IMG/VR virus record: IMGVR_UViG_3300038829_000260
Span: 1 to 32,311 of that record
Reading direction: 5' to 3' (one strand)
From: a virus
Taxonomy: Duplodnaviria > Caudoviricetes
DNA length: 32,311 nt
Numbering within the stretch: the first letter of the stretch is position 1; every line of letters starts with the position of its first letter. The position numbers were made by a program, and so were the translations under genes. The notes under the pieces are model-generated. The model worked only from the letters and a program-made list of their open reading frames with translations, ran no database searches and was not told the origin of the DNA. Shown here piece by piece: positions 9,774-18,779 of this stretch.

Positions 9774-10220
9774 TTACGGGGCCTGAGTCACGTTCGCGGG
9801 AGCGTGGCGGGGGTTCCCCAAGATCGCCACCACCGCGAGGGGCGCAACGACCGTGCCGCCCTCGGTGCACACAATGCGTTTGTACCGCTTGCGATTACAG
9901 GCCACGCCGATCGTAAAGGCCTGCTGGTCGTCGCCCGTGTTATCCATCGCCTTGTCCCAGGCGGTGCCGTCCTCATAGCGTGCGTCCAGGTAATCGCCCG
10001 AGGCGACCGCCGCCATGTCGGACGCGTTGGACGCATCGCCCTCTTCCACGGTGACGGTAATCTTGTTGCTGGAGGTGAACGTGGCGAACGCGCCCACATT
10101 CAGCACAAACACCAGCGACTCATACCCGGCCGTATCGACGGTGACGCCGTTCGTCGACGCGGTGAACGACACCGCATCCAACGCCGACATACATTTCACG
10201 TTCTCCATCAGGTTCTTCAT
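9774..10220 (-). CDS. putative capsid decoration / minor capsid protein (148 aa)
   Basis: Directly after major capsid gene; NGVTVDTAGYESLVFV...EEGD...KRYKRI...AILGNPRHAP; AGGAGG RBS. Confidence 0.7.
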   Translation of the reverse strand: MKNLMENVKCMSALDAVSFTASTNGVTVDTAGYESLVFVLNVGAFATFTSSNKITVTVEEGDASNASDMAAVASGDYLDARYEDGTAWDKAMDNTGDDQQAFTIGVACNRKRYKRIVCTEGGTVVAPLAVVAILGNPRHAPANVTQAP

Positions 10221-10285
10221 AGGTCCTCCTTCAATCGGGATTCACTGCCCGTTCACGTCCCCCTCAGCGGCACAGGCGCTGAGTG

Positions 10286-11446
10286 CTAGGCCGAGACTTT
10301 CTGCAATTTAATCGCTTCTGTGTTGACCACCTGGCCGCCCACGCGCTTGCGCATGTGGAACCGCACCAAGCCCGATCCGGCTTGCGAGAACGGATCGCGG
10401 ATCGTCACGATCTGAATCCGGTCCACAATCACATAGCCCCGGCGGAAATCCCCGAAGGCCACGGCATAGGCGTTCGCCGCCACCGCCGGCATGTCCGGGC
10501 ATTCGATGTAGGGGCGGCCCATCAACAGATTCGGGATGTCCCCGCCCAAGCCCGGCTGCCACAGGTAGTTCCCGGCCTGATCTTGCAGCTTGCGCACCGC
10601 CCCAATCGTGGAGCGCCGCATGGCCCAGGTGCCGTTCTGCGCATAGGCATCCTTCAACTGGTAGAACAGATCGATCAGCCCGTTCCCTTTCAACAGCGAC
10701 GCATCGCCGCTCACCACGGCGTTCGTTTGCATCACCGAGTTGACGGCAAAACCTTCGGCCTCATTTACGCCGTTGCCGGTGACGAAGGACGTGCCCTCGG
10801 CCACCCCGAACTGCTCGCCCGCCTCCATCTGGATTTCAGACTCGAAATTGAACGCGCTGTCCTCCAGATCCTCGAACGGCACATCCACCAGGGCGTACAG
10901 CTCATGATTCGGGATGTCTTCCATCCCGTACTTCAACCCCGTGGTTTCCGTGCGTGTGGCGGTCTTGCCCGTCCAGGTGGCCGCAAACACGCCGGTGCGC
11001 TTAGGCACTTTGACGCTCTTGCCCGAGCTCGTCCGCACGCGCGCCACCGCGCGAATCTGCGAATAGACCGACACGCTCTTGATGATCTCGTTGACGAATT
11101 CCGGCGGAGCCAGAAATTCCATGCCCTGGCCGCTCGACAAGCTCTTGGCCTCGCCAAACACCATGGCCCCCTTTTCCTCCGGCGTGAGCGCTTCCACGCC
11201 ATACCGGCAGGCCTTGATCCAGGCCTCTTTCTTCGCCGACGGCTGGGCCACCGCTTTGCTCTCCGGAGAAGGCACGGTCGGGCGAGCCAGCTTGATCTCG
11301 ATCGCGTCCAGCCGGTCCTGCTGCCGCTGCATCTTTTCCGACCATTCCTTCTGGGTGTTCTTGCCATCCAGTTGCAGCCGTTCGTTTTCCGCCCGCAGCG
11401 CTTTAGTCAGCGCCAGCTGTTCTTCGACTAATTCCTTCAATTCCAT
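10286..11446 (-). CDS. major capsid protein, HK97 family (386 aa)
   Basis: N-terminal coiled-coil delta domain; FLAPPEF, LEDSAFN.E, GNYLWQPG, LMGRP, FGDFRRGY.IVDR, KRVGG motifs. Confidence 0.95.
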   Translation of the reverse strand: MELKELVEEQLALTKALRAENERLQLDGKNTQKEWSEKMQRQQDRLDAIEIKLARPTVPSPESKAVAQPSAKKEAWIKACRYGVEALTPEEKGAMVFGEAKSLSSGQGMEFLAPPEFVNEIIKSVSVYSQIRAVARVRTSSGKSVKVPKRTGVFAATWTGKTATRTETTGLKYGMEDIPNHELYALVDVPFEDLEDSAFNFESEIQMEAGEQFGVAEGTSFVTGNGVNEAEGFAVNSVMQTNAVVSGDASLLKGNGLIDLFYQLKDAYAQNGTWAMRRSTIGAVRKLQDQAGNYLWQPGLGGDIPNLLMGRPYIECPDMPAVAANAYAVAFGDFRRGYVIVDRIQIVTIRDPFSQAGSGLVRFHMRKRVGGQVVNTEAIKLQKVSA

Positions 11447-11448
11447 GG

Positions 11449-12132
11449 TCAGCTCCTCCTCGCAAAATGTGAACGCATTGACTCATTGCACGCGCGCAAC
11501 GACTGGACCAAGGCCGGGTCGAGCACGGGGAGGGCGGCTGCATCCGATGGGGGAGTGGAGGCCGAGGCATCCGGCTCCGAGAGCAGTGCCAGTAGCTGTT
11601 TCGCGGAGGCCCGCACCGCGGGGCTCACCCGTCGGCCGTCTTCCGCATCGAACTGGTCCACCAAACTTTTCACATTATCGATCAGCGCCATCGGGTGCAT
11701 CGCCCAGGTGACGGGGGAGATTTCCCACAAGCGCACCTCGATCAACTTGCGCAGGCCGAGGGCCTTATCGAATTCCTCTTTGATCGTGTCGTACCCGATA
11801 GACATTTCCGTCAATACGCCGTCCCTCAACAATGTCATCACATCCAGACCCAGGGTCGTCTTGCTGATCTGCCCATCGAAGCCCAGGCCGTGCTGGTCTT
11901 CCCACAAGCGCGTCGGCTTCCCAATGGGCAGCCAATCGCCGCGATGCAAGGCCAAGATCTTGATCCGGTTCGCCCCCTGCGGCCCCCGCTCCGCGAGCGT
12001 CTTCGTAAACGCGCCAGGCAGCATAATGTCCTGGCCGTCGTCGGGGACGTGGAAGATGCTGGCATAGCCGGAGAACGTCATCGCCGCCGCATCGAGAGAC
12101 TTGATCGCAAATGGCACACGCAGTCGGTTCAT
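11449..12132 (-). CDS. prohead maturation protease, HK97 family
   Basis: FSGYASIF...D...DIMLPGAF, LALH, PIGK, MSIGY, LWEISPVTWAMHP. Confidence 0.93.
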   Translation of the reverse strand: MNRLRVPFAIKSLDAAAMTFSGYASIFHVPDDGQDIMLPGAFTKTLAERGPQGANRIKILALHRGDWLPIGKPTRLWEDQHGLGFDGQISKTTLGLDVMTLLRDGVLTEMSIGYDTIKEEFDKALGLRKLIEVRLWEISPVTWAMHPMALIDNVKSLVDQFDAEDGRRVSPAVRASAKQLLALLSEPDASASTPPSDAAALPVLDPALVQSLRACNESMRSHFARRS

Positions 12133-14228
12133 TCTTGGCCTCCTTGCGCCGGTGCGGCGCGCCGGATGACGGGCAGCACCACGCAGCGACAGTTGATGGT
12201 ATTGCCCGGTTCACCGAGCGGATCGTTGGGGTATTCGAGCCCGTTGGAAAACTGGGTCCCGCGCCGACGGATTTGCCCGTCGATGCGATGGTTGAAGAGC
12301 CCTTGCCTGACGCCTTCATCCCGCGCGCTCAACCATTCAATTTCTTCCACGCCCTGCTGTTCAAACGCTTCCATCCGGCCCTCGTTATAGGCGCGGGCCG
12401 TTTCCGTGCGGGCGATCATCGTCGCCTGTAATCCTGAGAGGGTGCTGTAGGTATCACGGATGCGGCTGGCGATGGACGCCACCGACTCGGCCCCGCCCGG
12501 CGCATTCAACCCGGCCTCAATCGCGGTCACCACGCGCTTGCGGGCATTCGCCACGATAGCCTTCACCCGTTCCAACTGTCCCCGGATGCGCGTCTGCGCC
12601 CCGGTCGAGTCGTGGCCGAAGGCCCCGTCCGCGCCGATCTCCAGCCAGGCCGCCTTGCCGCCACGCGCCAAGGCCTCCTCGAACAACGGCCGCGATACCT
12701 CGCGCAACAGGCCGGTCTCAGCATCGAGGTCAAACAGGATCTCCTCCACCGCTTTGTGCTCGTCCGCCCCCTGCGTCCCACGGATCGCCTCGGGCCGGGC
12801 CGCCAACTTCGCCAGCACCGCATCGCGTTGCCGCATAAAATAGTGTTTCACCGCCGCCTGATACCGCAGCTCCACCGGCAACACATCACGCCGGATCACG
12901 CCCTTCCACAGCCGTTCACGCGCCGGGTTCTCCGGCAACGTGTCCGTCAGGTCGCCCTTCCTCAACTCCGGCGCAGGCAGCCCCTTCGGTGCCGCATCCG
13001 CCGCCGTCAGGTCGGCATAACTCGCCCCGGTCTCCGTCCCCAGCGGCAACAAATTCACCGGCACCAGGACGACATTGCCATCGGGGTGATCGTCGTAGCC
13101 GGTCGCGGCGCGCTTTTCATTCACGGTCAACCAGGTCGACTTCTCGACCCGCGACCAGACTTTCTCCCGATCCTCCGCCAACGCCTCAATGGCATCGCGG
13201 TCGTAGTCGAGCGTCAGCCCGTCGCCGAACGACGGCACCAGCCAGCGGTTCAAGTCGTCCTTCAACCCGTCGGCCATCGGCAACACGTTCTCGGTGTAAA
13301 ACGACCGCCGCGCCTCGCGCCTGTTCTCGAACGTGGCCGTTTTGAGCCCAACCAATTCGCCGGGCACGTTATAGACGATGCAGATTTCTTCCTTCGAAAA
13401 CCGCCGTGACTCCAGCCAATCCATGTCTTTGGGCGACAGACTCATCTCTTTCCAATCCGCGCCGCCTTCCAGCAACATCGGGTAACCCGCCTGTTGCGCG
13501 CCGCCATACTGTTCGGTGATCGCCTGCTGGAGCCGTGTATACTGCGCGTCAGTCAAATTCTTCTGGACCACCATCGCCCCCGACGGCCGCGCGCCGTTTT
13601 TGAGCAAGGAGTAATTCCATGTGAGCGCTAAGTTGTCCGTATCCACGACCCGCGCGGCCACCTGGATCGGGGAGAGGCCATACCAATCGTCTGTCGGCGC
13701 GAAAAACTTCCGGTGCATGACCGCCTCGGTCGCCAGCAATACCGTCATCCCACCGGCCTGATATTCATAGCGCGCGATCTCGCCCACGGCATTCGGCACC
13801 AGCGTCATGCGATCCGGCCGCAGCACATACAGTTCACGGGGCCGCAACGGCTGCGACGGAGCCGCTACCGCGTGGAGATAGGCGTTCCCCGCCACGAGTT
13901 GATACGCCACCAGTTTTTCCAACAACGCGCTGAGCGACTCCTGCGGATTCGGCCGCTGCAACAGGTCCAGCAGGGGATGCGTCTCGACTTCCGTCAGGCG
14001 TCCCTTGACCCGTTTCGTCAGCACCCACCGCAGCCCTTTCACCGACCGCGCAATCTGGTTCACGCAGGCATACACCGTCACGTTGGCTTCATAGCCCTCG
14101 TTGGCAAAATGGGCATAGTTACGGGTCGGCCAATGCGCCGCCCCCGGCGTCACCAACAACACCATCGCCCGGGCGACGGCGTTCGCCTTGCGAGCGAACA
14201 GCGCTGACCAGTTAGGCGTCCAGTTCAC
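12129..14228 (-). CDS. HK97-family portal protein fused to a C-terminal Mu gpF / SPP1 gp7-like domain (699 aa)
   Basis: Portal motifs VYACV, HPLLDLL.RPNP, YGLSPI, NGARPSG, LEGG..W, LTVNEKR; C-terminal IARTET..AYN, EWLSARD.VR..H, INCRC. Confidence 0.9.
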   Translation of the reverse strand: MNWTPNWSALFARKANAVARAMVLLVTPGAAHWPTRNYAHFANEGYEANVTVYACVNQIARSVKGLRWVLTKRVKGRLTEVETHPLLDLLQRPNPQESLSALLEKLVAYQLVAGNAYLHAVAAPSQPLRPRELYVLRPDRMTLVPNAVGEIARYEYQAGGMTVLLATEAVMHRKFFAPTDDWYGLSPIQVAARVVDTDNLALTWNYSLLKNGARPSGAMVVQKNLTDAQYTRLQQAITEQYGGAQQAGYPMLLEGGADWKEMSLSPKDMDWLESRRFSKEEICIVYNVPGELVGLKTATFENRREARRSFYTENVLPMADGLKDDLNRWLVPSFGDGLTLDYDRDAIEALAEDREKVWSRVEKSTWLTVNEKRAATGYDDHPDGNVVLVPVNLLPLGTETGASYADLTAADAAPKGLPAPELRKGDLTDTLPENPARERLWKGVIRRDVLPVELRYQAAVKHYFMRQRDAVLAKLAARPEAIRGTQGADEHKAVEEILFDLDAETGLLREVSRPLFEEALARGGKAAWLEIGADGAFGHDSTGAQTRIRGQLERVKAIVANARKRVVTAIEAGLNAPGGAESVASIASRIRDTYSTLSGLQATMIARTETARAYNEGRMEAFEQQGVEEIEWLSARDEGVRQGLFNHRIDGQIRRRGTQFSNGLEYPNDPLGEPGNTINCRCVVLPVIRRAAPAQGGQE

Positions 14229-14767
14229 GCGGAGACCTCCGCGGAGACCGACGCACGGCGAGCCGCCGCGGCGTCCGCCGCTTCGATCACGCCGAGCATC
14301 ACCTCCAATTTCAATCGTGAGTCAGGAGTCGTGGATTGCAGGATGAGCGCCTGGATCTGCGTCGCCGACTTGAACGGGGAGGGACGGCCTTGCGCAATGG
14401 TCTGGTCGCAGATCGTCCGCACCCGCCGCGCCGCCGTCAGCACCGGCGATTCCACCAGCCCCAGCCGATTGGCCGCCTCAGCCAGCAACGCCGGACGGTC
14501 CGCCGCCGGGATCAGCTCCAACGCAATCCGCTGCGTCACCCGGTTATCGGTGAGGAGTTTCGTCTTGGATTTCTTCTGGGCTTTAAGCTTGGCGGACGCC
14601 AGCATATTCCGCACGCGCTGGGACTTGTGGCGGAAGCGGCATTCATTAGAGCAGAACCGCGCCTGCACCTTGTTTTTGTTCCTTGGCGCAAATTCAGCCT
14701 GGCAGAACTCGCATAGTAACCGTGCGCACGGTTCTAAATGCCCCGCTGTTGAGTGTTGTTCATCCAT
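14225..14767 (-). CDS. hypothetical zinc-finger protein (180 aa) between terminase and portal
   Basis: CEFC...FCSNEC motif; starts 3 nt after the terminase stop and overlaps the portal start (GTGA). Confidence 0.65.
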   Translation of the reverse strand: MDEQHSTAGHLEPCARLLCEFCQAEFAPRNKNKVQARFCSNECRFRHKSQRVRNMLASAKLKAQKKSKTKLLTDNRVTQRIALELIPAADRPALLAEAANRLGLVESPVLTAARRVRTICDQTIAQGRPSPFKSATQIQALILQSTTPDSRLKLEVMLGVIEAADAAAARRASVSAEVSA

Positions 14768-14769
14768 CC

Positions 14770-16278
14770 CTACATTCCCCCTTCCACGGTGTGAGTTAAC
14801 CCTCCCAACGCCAATGCTGGCCGAATCATCCGGATGCGGGGTCCGCCGCTGAGGTCCCCACGCACCAACCGCACCACCATTTCGAGTCCATCCGGCCCGT
14901 CGTCGTGTTGCTTCCCGTTGGGCCGATAATTCCGGAGTTGGTTGATCAACACCGTCTGCGTCTTGCGGAACCTGATTACCCCATGCTCGACCAAGGGGGA
15001 GAGGCGGCGGATGCGCAGATCCTTCGGCACGTCGTGTTGAATCTCGATGATGGGCAAATACACGCCTTGCTCCTGGCTGGCCTCTTCCAAGTTGGATTGC
15101 AGCACCGCCTGGAAGCCGACCGCCTCAAACCCGAAGGCGATATACTCGTGCCGGCGGCCGTGCTCCAGGCAGTCCGTCACAATGTCCTGGGGTTTGCGTC
15201 GCCGGATGTCCGCTTCATCCACATAGATCGGCCCCCCCTCGGGACGGACGGCCACGTCGATGATGGCGCTGAAGTCGGAGCGGTCGGTTTTGCCCAGCGA
15301 GGGATCGCAGGCCCCGTAATGAGCGACGGCCACCCCGGCCAGTTCGGCATCGTCCCAATAGCGGAACCACTCTTCCTTAAAGAGCGCCGTCTCTTCGTCG
15401 ACCGGTTCGTTCTGATATTCCGCCGCAAAAAACACCGACCCAATTTCCTGCTTTTTCGCCTCCAGCCGTTCCAGCGGCCACACTTCCGGCCAGATCGGCG
15501 TGCCATCTTCTTGGAGTGCCTGCCACCGCCGTTTCACCCACAGAGGGTTCAGCTCCGGATCGAGCAGTTCATTCAGCAGAGAGTCTGGATGCAAAATCGT
15601 GCCGATAATCCAAATACGGCCGCCCTTCCCGCGCGCGTTCAAGACGGCTTTGAACCACCAGCGCCGCAGCTTTGCCCGCTGATCTGGTGATTCCACCGCC
15701 TCGTCGTTTTCCAGGTCGTCCCAAATCATCAGCGTCGGCCGCCATTGTTTATGGTGCAGCCCGCGGATCTTCTGCCCAGCGCCGCGAGCCATCACCCGAA
15801 TGTCGTTCCCGGTAATGAAATCCGACTCGCCGCCGCGCACCGCCCCGCACACCGCCGGGAAATCCGACCGCAGTTTCTCGTTCGACTCCAGTTCGTCCTT
15901 GATCGCCGCCGTGAAGGCCTGCGCTTGGGTTTGGGTATCGGAGCCCACAATGATGAAGTGCTCCCGATCGAGCGCGATGTCGTACATCGGCTCGCCGATC
16001 GTCATCAGGGTCGACTTGGCGTGCTCGCGAGGGGCCGCCGCCGCCAGCAGTTCAGAGTCGGCCAGCCCATCCAACTCCAAGTGGAATTTCGCCGGGGCTG
16101 CAAAGAAGTAATGCGAGAGATAGGTCTCTCGGAAAAACCGCCGGTCCGTGCGGGCCCGAGCAATGCGCGCGGCCTTCGTCCCTGGCGTGTCGTCCATAAA
16201 CGGGGACCGCCCCTGGGCGATCCGTCGCCGCAAGGCCTCGCGCTCGCGCTCAAACTGTGCCGGGCTACGTCGTCGCAT
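14770..16278 (-). CDS. terL: terminase large subunit
   Basis: APREHAKST Walker A variant, IRGL, IWDDLE Walker B, IIGT, EYQNEP, DPSLG, HDDGPD nuclease motif. Confidence 0.93.
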   Translation of the reverse strand: MRRRSPAQFEREREALRRRIAQGRSPFMDDTPGTKAARIARARTDRRFFRETYLSHYFFAAPAKFHLELDGLADSELLAAAAPREHAKSTLMTIGEPMYDIALDREHFIIVGSDTQTQAQAFTAAIKDELESNEKLRSDFPAVCGAVRGGESDFITGNDIRVMARGAGQKIRGLHHKQWRPTLMIWDDLENDEAVESPDQRAKLRRWWFKAVLNARGKGGRIWIIGTILHPDSLLNELLDPELNPLWVKRRWQALQEDGTPIWPEVWPLERLEAKKQEIGSVFFAAEYQNEPVDEETALFKEEWFRYWDDAELAGVAVAHYGACDPSLGKTDRSDFSAIIDVAVRPEGGPIYVDEADIRRRKPQDIVTDCLEHGRRHEYIAFGFEAVGFQAVLQSNLEEASQEQGVYLPIIEIQHDVPKDLRIRRLSPLVEHGVIRFRKTQTVLINQLRNYRPNGKQHDDGPDGLEMVVRLVRGDLSGGPRIRMIRPALALGGLTHTVEGGM

Positions 16279-16816
16279 ATTTCCGTTTCATCGCATCGAG
16301 AAACCCGTCAAAGGTGGCCCCCAGCGCATCCAATGCGCTCGGCGCGGTCTCCGACAGATACACCGTCAAATCGTGCAGGCAGTCGAGGTAGAGGCCCGGC
16401 CGGTCGATGGCCTGTGTGCGGGCGGCCTCGCCCGCCGTCTTGGCGCGGTGGGCCTTCACCAATAAGTGCCCCAACTCCAACAACGACTCGCCCTCAAACG
16501 ATTTCTTGGCGTTCGTTAATTCCTCCACCAACTTACTCAACAGCAGCGCCATGCCCGCCTCTTCAAAGTTGAGATTCGGATGGGCACGCAGCACCGTCGT
16601 CAGTGCCGTCACCTGTTGATGCGTCTGCTCGATCGCAGACTTGGCGGAGCTCCAATGCACCCGATAGCGCGACAAGGCCGAATCGCTGATCGTCTCGCCC
16701 TTCACCTGCTCCACCGCGGCGATAATCTCCGCATAGGTGGCATTGGCGTCGAGCAAATTGTCGACGAGGTCTTTCACCCCGAGCGAGTCGATCTTGCTGG
16801 TCGCTTTCCGTGCCAT
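16265..16816 (-). CDS. DUF3486 / Mu gp27-like protein (putative small terminase)
   Basis: SKIDSL...TYAEI.....ISDSALSRY N-terminus; directly upstream of terL. Confidence 0.75.
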   Translation of the reverse strand: MARKATSKIDSLGVKDLVDNLLDANATYAEIIAAVEQVKGETISDSALSRYRVHWSSAKSAIEQTHQQVTALTTVLRAHPNLNFEEAGMALLLSKLVEELTNAKKSFEGESLLELGHLLVKAHRAKTAGEAARTQAIDRPGLYLDCLHDLTVYLSETAPSALDALGATFDGFLDAMKRKYATT

Positions 16817-16820
16817 CGCG

Positions 16821-17087
16821 TCAGCGGCTCCCATAGCGTGGCAGGCCCAGATCCTCGCGGAGCGAGGCGATCTGGACCAGGAGGTCCTCATAGGTGGCGT
16901 CGGTCTGCACCAGATCCGTCACCAGCACTTCCGTCTTGGTCGTATCGAGCTGGGCAATCTGCCGATGCGGGTCCATCTCGCGACGGATCTGCTCCTTCAG
17001 ACCGTGCAGCTTAATGGCCAAGCGCTTCGCCTCCTGCTCGCAGGCCAACAACCGGCCCTCATTCAACAGCCGCTCCTCACTTGCCAT
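16821..17087 (-). CDS. hypothetical coiled-coil protein (88 aa)
   Basis: GGAGG RBS; located between lysis genes and DUF3486 gene. Confidence 0.7.
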   Translation of the reverse strand: MASEERLLNEGRLLACEQEAKRLAIKLHGLKEQIRREMDPHRQIAQLDTTKTEVLVTDLVQTDATYEDLLVQIASLREDLGLPRYGSR

Positions 17088-17484
17088 GGCCGCCCTCCAT
17101 CCGTTCGAGTTTTTCCACCAGCCGCGTCTGCACCTGCACGGTGAGCAGCATCGTGTCTTTGGTATCGCGCATCAGCTCGCGGTAGGCCCCGTTGATGGCC
17201 TGGAACGCATCCAAATGCGCCCGTTGCGTCGCGTCATATTTTTCGATCAGGTGCTCCATGGAGGTCGAGCGTTTCCGCTCGAACAGCCAGATCACCAGCA
17301 CAATGCCGCCCAGCCCCGCGTTGGTCACCAGGTACATCAGTTGGTTAAAGGTAATCCCCACCACCCCATCCGGTGGCGCGGCCGCACTCACGGCTTCCTG
17401 GGCGGAGACGGTCACCGCCCACACCAGCATCCAGATCGGCACGAACCGCCACAGCCACATCGGCATCGGGGTCTCCTTACTCAC
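17077..17484 (-). CDS. membrane protein, putative holin
   Basis: Signal-like N-terminus, TM segment GLGGIVLVIWLF and coiled-coil C-terminus; adjacent to endolysin. Confidence 0.55.
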   Translation of the reverse strand: MSKETPMPMWLWRFVPIWMLVWAVTVSAQEAVSAAAPPDGVVGITFNQLMYLVTNAGLGGIVLVIWLFERKRSTSMEHLIEKYDATQRAHLDAFQAINGAYRELMRDTKDTMLLTVQVQTRLVEKLERMEGGHGK

Positions 17485-18298
17485 GCCAGGGCGTGAGATC
17501 GCTCACCGCCACCACGCGCGGGACCAAGCCCGGCGCGGCTTCAATCGTCAGCGTTTCTTCCATCACCGCCAGCCCGCCCGGCGCGTCCGGCGCCAGGACC
17601 GTCCGCACCACCGTCACCACCCACACCCGCACACGCGGGGACTCCGGCGATTCAAAGGTGTCGATGCTTGCGATCCCATTCATCTGGCCTGGACAATTGA
17701 GGAAGCGCGGCAGCACCTCAGCCCGCAACGTCGCCGCCAACGCGTCTCCCTCCGGCCCCACCAGCTGCGCCGAGGAGGGGAGGGGAGCCCAGGCCCATAA
17801 CCCTACCGCCACGATCGAGGTCAGAATGCGGCTGATCCAACCGCGCAAGGACGTCCGCTGCGTCGCATGCGTCTCGCACAGCTCCACACACCGCAGAATC
17901 TGTTCGGTACGAAAGGCCCGGAGCACCGTCGTGGGGTCGAGCTGGTTCGCCAGCCACAACGTCTTCGCGCCAAACAAGCCATCCACCGGTGCGCTACTGC
18001 CGAGCGTCGCGAGCCCGGATTGAAACTGCTGCACGGCCGCCGTCAATCCATGAAACGCGGAGGCCTTCAGCAAGGCGTTGGCCAGCAGTTGCGAGGAGAG
18101 GGCGTACCAATTGGGATGCCAAAAATCGCGTTCATAGATCCGGATCGCGTCGGTCTTCGTCAGCGTGGCGATGTCGAGCTGCGGATAGCTGCGCGACGTA
18201 ATGCCGTATTTCGTGGCCCTGCCGTGGTCGTCGGAATAGTAGATAAACCAGCCTTCGGCCTCCAGCAGCGCATTCACCGCAATGGTCACATCCGCCAT
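17477..18298 (-). CDS. endolysin, glycoside hydrolase family 108-like, with C-terminal TM segment and extension
   Basis: EG......D.G.ATKYGIT, L....A..IY..DFW, VDGLFGAKTL peptidoglycan-binding motif, GWISR. Confidence 0.8.
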   Translation of the reverse strand: MADVTIAVNALLEAEGWFIYYSDDHGRATKYGITSRSYPQLDIATLTKTDAIRIYERDFWHPNWYALSSQLLANALLKASAFHGLTAAVQQFQSGLATLGSSAPVDGLFGAKTLWLANQLDPTTVLRAFRTEQILRCVELCETHATQRTSLRGWISRILTSIVAVGLWAWAPLPSSAQLVGPEGDALAATLRAEVLPRFLNCPGQMNGIASIDTFESPESPRVRVWVVTVVRTVLAPDAPGGLAVMEETLTIEAAPGLVPRVVAVSDLTPWRE

Positions 18299-18335
18299 AA
18301 CGCGATCCCTTTGCCCTTCCACCCAACAAAAAAAA

Positions 18336-18396
18336 GCCCGATCAACCAGGCGTCACCGCCTGATCAACCGGGCCTGAATCTCTCAGCAACCCGCAA
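18336..18396 (-). terminator. 61-bp element copy 1: conserved leader, 17-bp hairpin, then U-tract
   Basis: Minus strand TTGCGGGTTGCTGAGAGATTCAG-GCCCGGTTGATCAGGCG-GTGA-CGCCTGGTTGATCGGGC followed by a T-run; upstream of endolysin. Confidence 0.8.
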
Positions 18397-18434
18397 TCCT
18401 CTGTCCGCACACGGGCGCGCGCCCGCTCACCGCA

Positions 18435-18779
18435 CTACAGCAGGCAGCGGATGCCGGTGGCCGTGGTGCCAGTCAACAAGATCCGCTTGCCCCGCACGGG
18501 CAATATGCTGCCGGCCGCCATGTTAAACGTCACGGAAGCCGTGTCATCCGCGGCAATGACCGCCACGATCCCAGCGGTATTGATCCAGATGCCGCGGCAC
18601 GTCTGCGCCAGATCGGTCGAATCGCTCGGCGTGATGTCATAGGCCATCGAGGCCGGGGCCGTCAGCCCTGGGGTATAGCCGGCGAACCGATCCGCCGCAT
18701 CAATCCGCGAGGTGCCAATACACCAAAGGCCGATGATCAAGGCGAATCCACCGAATCCCACCCATAGTTTCTCGCGCAT
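18435..18779 (-). CDS. head-spike base protein (RcGTA Rcc01079-like) with N-terminal signal/TM segment (114 aa)
   Basis: DRF....GLTAPA..AYDITPSDSTDL...RGIWI..AG.V......VTF...AGSILPVR...TGTTATGI; GGAGG RBS before ATG 18779. Confidence 0.8.
   Translation of the reverse strand: MREKLWVGFGGFALIIGLWCIGTSRIDAADRFAGYTPGLTAPASMAYDITPSDSTDLAQTCRGIWINTAGIVAVIAADDTASVTFNMAAGSILPVRGKRILLTGTTATGIRCLL

Noticed and set aside
10263-10283. Hairpin CTCAGCG...CGCTGAG after the major capsid gene as an intrinsic terminator
   Set aside because: Short stem with no U-tract on the coding strand
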